Assembly: GCA_051530055.1 (NCBI GenBank)
Contig: CM121342.1
Span: forward strand, 2,390,797-2,454,796
DNA from: Neoechinorhynchus agilis
Lineage: Eukaryota > Animalia > Acanthocephala
Direction: 5' to 3'
Length of the DNA: 64,000 nucleotides
Each line of letters opens with the position of its first letter. The stretch's first letter is position 1. Below the pieces are notes generated by a model that was not told the DNA's origin, searched no databases, and worked only from the letters and a program-made list of their open reading frames with translations. The position numbers and the translations under genes are program-made. Positions 59,540 to 64,000 of the stretch are shown here, one piece after another.

Positions 59540-60290
59540 CATCATACGTAAACGGCATTATGGAAAATTAGTGGCACTAACAAATAGGACGACAAGTGTT
59601 GTAAGTGTGAGTAAAAGGAGAAATGTGTTGTAGAAATTAAAGAGGAGGTAGAGAATGAAGGCGTTTTGAGTGCTTTTAAAAGATTAGCGAGAAGTGTTCT
59701 TCCAAGGGCACAAGTTCGGAGGAGCAGATTAGAACGCACCTCTTGTGAAATTGCCGAAAGTTGAATATGCGTCGGTGAGTGTTGGTAGGATGGTGGGCAT
59801 ATAGAAGAAGTACTTAAAGTGATTGGATGATAATGCAAGGAATCGGAGGCGTTTAAGAAAATAGAGCTTAACAGAAGCTTCGGGCCGCGTAATTGATATT
59901 TGCTTGTCCCACTTAAGATTTTTCTAAAAATAGATACCAAGGATACGAACAGAGGAGACACAGTTGATAGAAAAATCAAGAGATTGAGGGAACGATTTAA
60001 AAGCACTTGGTTAAGGGTAAGACATTTAGAGGAACAAAATGTTTGAACATGAGAAATCTCGTTAGAAGTAATTGGGAGTGAGAGGGGAGCCGGTGCATGC
60101 GTAATGATTGTTAGATTATCAGCATACAAGAAGTATTTAGAATAAGAGGACGGAATAAGATACGGCTCGCTTTCTACTCTCAATTGCTTAAGATTTGTGC
60201 GAACCTTAGTTAAGTGCCCTGCATAATCGACCATTTCGTTTTGTGGTGATTTGTGCGCACGAGAGTGAAATGTCACTGGTTTTTTTGGCA
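59540..60290 (-). mobile_element. CR1/L2-like LINE 3' remnant
   Basis: FLYADNLTI RT motif and downstream sequence; 59990-60140 is similar to 62222-62360. Confidence 0.7.
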
Positions 60291-60558
60291 TAAATTCTAA
60301 TATCCGTCATCGATACGTACGAAAATCAATTTTATTCTATTGTCCAGCCCGCTTCTAATATCGTCGCTGTACTTTTCCTATAGTTTTTGATGAGTTTGTG
60401 TGGTGATATTGATTATTCACTAAAATGTGCCACTATTAATTTTTCCATTCGCACATAGTGGTGCATTAATGTTTGGTACACTGCGTTTTTGTGTGAATAA
60501 AAAGCTTCTATATTGGTCACAAAAATTTTATTCACACAAAGAGAAAACCGGACATATC

Positions 60559-62190
60559 ATGGATTCGAAGCATTCCGACGTTCAATTGATCTCAGGAAAA
60601 TTCTTCAAACCGGAGCTGCTTATTCTGACACCTGATAACCCTGATGCCGAATAATGTTGGAATCACTGGCGGTACAAATTCGAATTATTTCTGAAGTGGT
60701 CAAACATGTTTAGTGTGGAAGACAAGTTGGATCTCGTAAGAATATCAGTTTCTGCGCAGTTGTTCGACACCATACATTCGTGTTCATCCTACGGTGAAGT
60801 GATGGAAATGCTTTCCAAGATGTTTCTGAAGCCCAAAAATGAGATTTTCTGCAGATACAAGGTGTATTCAGCGAAACAGGGAAATGGGCAGTCCGTGGCA
60901 CAGTACATCGAGAATTTGGAAAACCTAGCCAGGAGATGCTCTTTTGCGAAACCTAACTGCCAGCCAAGCCAAGGATAGTCTCTTATGTGACGCCTTTATT
61001 TCTGGAGTTCGTTCTGACGTAATTCGTCAGCGAATCCTAGAAACGTTGTCAATGGATAAGGCTAAAGCGTTCGATACGGCCCTCACACTAGAAGCCTCTC
61101 ATGAACAGGTCAATGACTACGTCGTCCAGAATAATGATGTGGTTGTGAACGTGGCAAAAATTGAAAAGGAGATCGAGTCTCACTTCTCTGATCCAAGGAT
61201 CGAAACACTGTCGGTGTTGCACCACTCACGCAATAGCTCTCGTTTTTGTGGGGGAAGATTCACTCAAGAGAGAGATGTCCAGCTCGTAGCGTACAGTGCC
61301 ATTTTTGCCATAAGTTGGGGCATTTCCAATCTGTTTGTGAGACTAAAAGAAGAAGCAAACTGCTCACTTCGAGCTGATATAATAAAAGGCTGACAGGCTC
61401 TGCGATACTTTCAAGTCTTCTGACTGAATCTAAAAGCCCTCTCAACGATTCCATTGTAAGAGCTAACATCCTGGGCATTGAGATCGAAGCACTACTTGGT
61501 AGTGGAAGTTCGAGTAATTTTATCAGCGCTGAACTTATTAACACTTTGAATGTGAAAACTGAGCACTGTCCTGTCAAAGTTGTTATGGCTAACGTCGACC
61601 ACTCCACTGGAAGCAGTTCGCGGTGTTTCCTAGACATCAAGTTATTTGATAGGGACTATTGGAAGATCGAGTTCCACGTCTTGTCGAAGATTTGTTGTCC
61701 TGTAATTCTAGGGATACCTTTCCTGCGACTTGATTCAATGGTTTCTTTCAAACCAAATGAGATGGCAAGAAAGATCGAATTTGTCAATCAGCTCGATTGC
61801 ATCGATTGTGAAACTCCTTCGCTTTTTTCTAACGATTCGACATCCTGGAACCCATTGACCACCCACTCGAGGAGACATCCGCAGCGGATTCGTAGCTTAA
61901 TCAACAAAGAAGTAAAGCGCATGCTAGACGAATAAATAATCGAACAAAGTCGGTATCCTTGGAGAGCAGCGTTTGGTGGTTGATTATTCGAGGACTGTTA
62001 ATAGATACACTACCTTGGATGCCTATCCTCTGCCCCGAATAGATGAGATGATCGACATTATATCCAGTTACAAATCTTCAGTCACGTCGACATGAAGTCC
62101 ACATATCATCAGCTACGTTTAAAGGAAGAGGAGGAAGTCTTTACAGCTTTCAAAGCGAATGGACGACTTTACCAGTTTCGAAGAATCCCG
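60559..62190 (+). mobile_element. Ty3/gypsy LTR retrotransposon remnant (gag-PR-RT start)
   Basis: Gag (QGNGQSVAQYIENLENLARRC, CDAFISG), tandem Zn knuckles, protease ALLGSGSSSNFI (Asp lost), RT DAYPLPRIDE..DMKSTYHQ..TAF...GRLYQFRRIP; truncated by the LINE. Confidence 0.9.
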
Positions 62191-62194
62191 CGGA

Positions 62195-64000
62195 GGAATC
62201 GGGGTACAATTTCGAAGTTCTTGGTTAGGTTAAGGGTAAGACATTTAGGGGAGCAAAATGCTTGAACGTGACAAATCTCGTTAGAAGTATTTGAGAGTGA
62301 GAGGGGAGCCGGTGCATGCGTAATGATTGTAAGATCATCAGCATACAAGAAGTATTCTGATTTATGGCATACCTTCCTCGGCGTTTTAGTTTTCCTTCTT
62401 GGCATGAAGCCACACCGATCTCTTACATAAAAATGTTGAAAAGAACGTGGGAGAGAACAGCAACTTACGGGACTCAATTGTTGATTGCTAAGGTGTTCGA
62501 GGCGGTGCTTCCTATATCGATAATTTAAAATCAACTGTTTAGGAAGGATTTCAATCTTTTGATTTGCTGGGCAACAACACCAAATTTTGAGCATTTATCA
62601 GTTAGAAGATTGTGATCGACGGAATCAAAAGCTTTCTAAACGTCGATTTGGATGAGTCGAGAGATAAATAAAGGTTGTAAGTCGAACTCACCAATTTATG
62701 TGCAAGAAAGGTCTTCTGCAGGTTGAGAACGCGATAAGTAAAAGAGGATTGAAGGAGGGGGGAAATCCGGATTGCTTGTGTGGCATACTTTATTCACCCT
62801 TATTTTGAACATTTTCAAGAAAGGGAACATTCAAGGTGAGTCTCGATTGGAAAGGCGACTGGTTTTGCCAGATAAGAGTATATTAGTTAGAGAAAGCATA
62901 ACCTCGGAGGGGTTCGGGTGAAAATAGATTTTCTGTGTGAAGAGAGATTACGCGAGACCAATTTGGTAAATGCGAATGTGTTGAACTCCCTTAGCCCAGA
63001 CCGTAAAGTGGGATAACCGGAAACTGAGGAGGAGCGGAGGGAGAGGATTATTGCGCAATGGTCTGAGGATGAGATTGGAGGTACTTTTTTAGCAGCCTTA
63101 TATCTGTGGATTTTAGTAAAGATTTTATCTAGATGTGAGTTGTGGCGGGTAGAAAATTTTACTAACTGGGCGCAGTCACGGTGTTATATAGGTGGAATCG
63201 GAGGAAGGAACGAAATACAACAGCAACAAATTAAACCAACCAAAATCAAATAAATAAAAATCAACTAACGGACCAGAAACAATTCTACCACGGAAACGAA
63301 ACAACGTTCAAGATCTATTTGGTCATCAAAATTCAAATTATCGTGAACTGGAGCAAAGACTAAACCTCATAACCTAACAATCTCTCCTGCGCATTAGTGC
63401 TCGGAGGACCCAAAGATACATGAGTCCTTTGCTTTGTTAACTAACAAATAAACGTGTTATTATTGACATCACCAAGAATGATTAGATATTAAAGACCAAG
63501 AGAGTAATTATCCGTTATCAGTGCATCAATCTCCTGCGATGCCATTTGTAGATTGGGTGAGGGAGGACGATAGTTACTGATAATAGTAAAATTTCGGCTG
63601 CTTGAGCGCGTTATGTAGATGTGCTCTAATTATGGTGATTGGTATGGAGCTGAGTGGGAGAGGGAGTAAGGGATTTTTCCGGGCGATAACTATTTATCCA
63701 TGGTTAGTCCGGGTTGAAGGTCCTAATGAATTTCTTGGGAATAGTCGAAGTTAGGGATGGCCAAAGGAGGGTCATTTGTGTTGTCCGAGTAGAATGTGCG
63801 GATGTTAGAGTTGAATAATTTTATAAAATTTTGGATGTGATGATCACGTTTATCCCGGACGGGTAAATGGGGAGATTTCATACGCTGAGGAGGGTGGAGG
63901 GAGTAATAAGGGCAGAGGAATGGTCAGAGTTCGCGGGCGGAGGGAGTTTAGAGACGGATGAGTAGGCGTCGATATTTGTGGACACTTTGTCAAGGTGAGT
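62195..64000 (-). mobile_element. CR1/L2-like LINE, decayed, running off the window end
   Basis: APE end (TLDKVSTN...PPPANSDH), RT motifs KAFDSVDH and LYADDL; an AT-rich insertion at ~63200-63480. Confidence 0.75.

Overview
AT-rich eukaryotic (invertebrate-animal-like) genomic DNA with compact genes and many transposon relics. Reconstructed genes mostly have short canonical GT-AG introns of 40-50 nt. Recognisable genes are mitochondrial acyl carrier protein (NDUFAB1), a degenerate PEBP-like protein, a calmodulin-like EF-hand protein, an RNF19-type RBR E3 ligase, RNASEH2A, a DNAJB6-like co-chaperone, an SLC17A9-like transporter, a decayed second SLC17 copy, and two Ly6/three-finger paralogues. 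Mobile DNA includes Penelope-like, RTE, CR1/L2-like, Ty3/gypsy and about ten CRE-clade retrotransposon remnants, several fold-back elements, a ~208-bp satellite, and a dispersed ~170-bp repeat family carrying hammerhead-ribozyme motifs. The four most unusual observations are: (1) two conserved housekeeping genes can only be joined across non-GT-AG interruptions bounded by inverted repeats; (2) a cassette of four intronless orphan genes at 48.2-53.7 kb all carry PKI-type nuclear-export-signal-like motifs, with seven copies in one protein and a BC-box-less Elongin-A domain in another; (3) a hammerhead family with an altered-core subfamily and palindromic arrangements; (4) the SLC17A9 and DnaJ genes are either fused in frame or only 8 nt apart. 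All homology calls were made by eye from remembered family motifs, and no searches were run.
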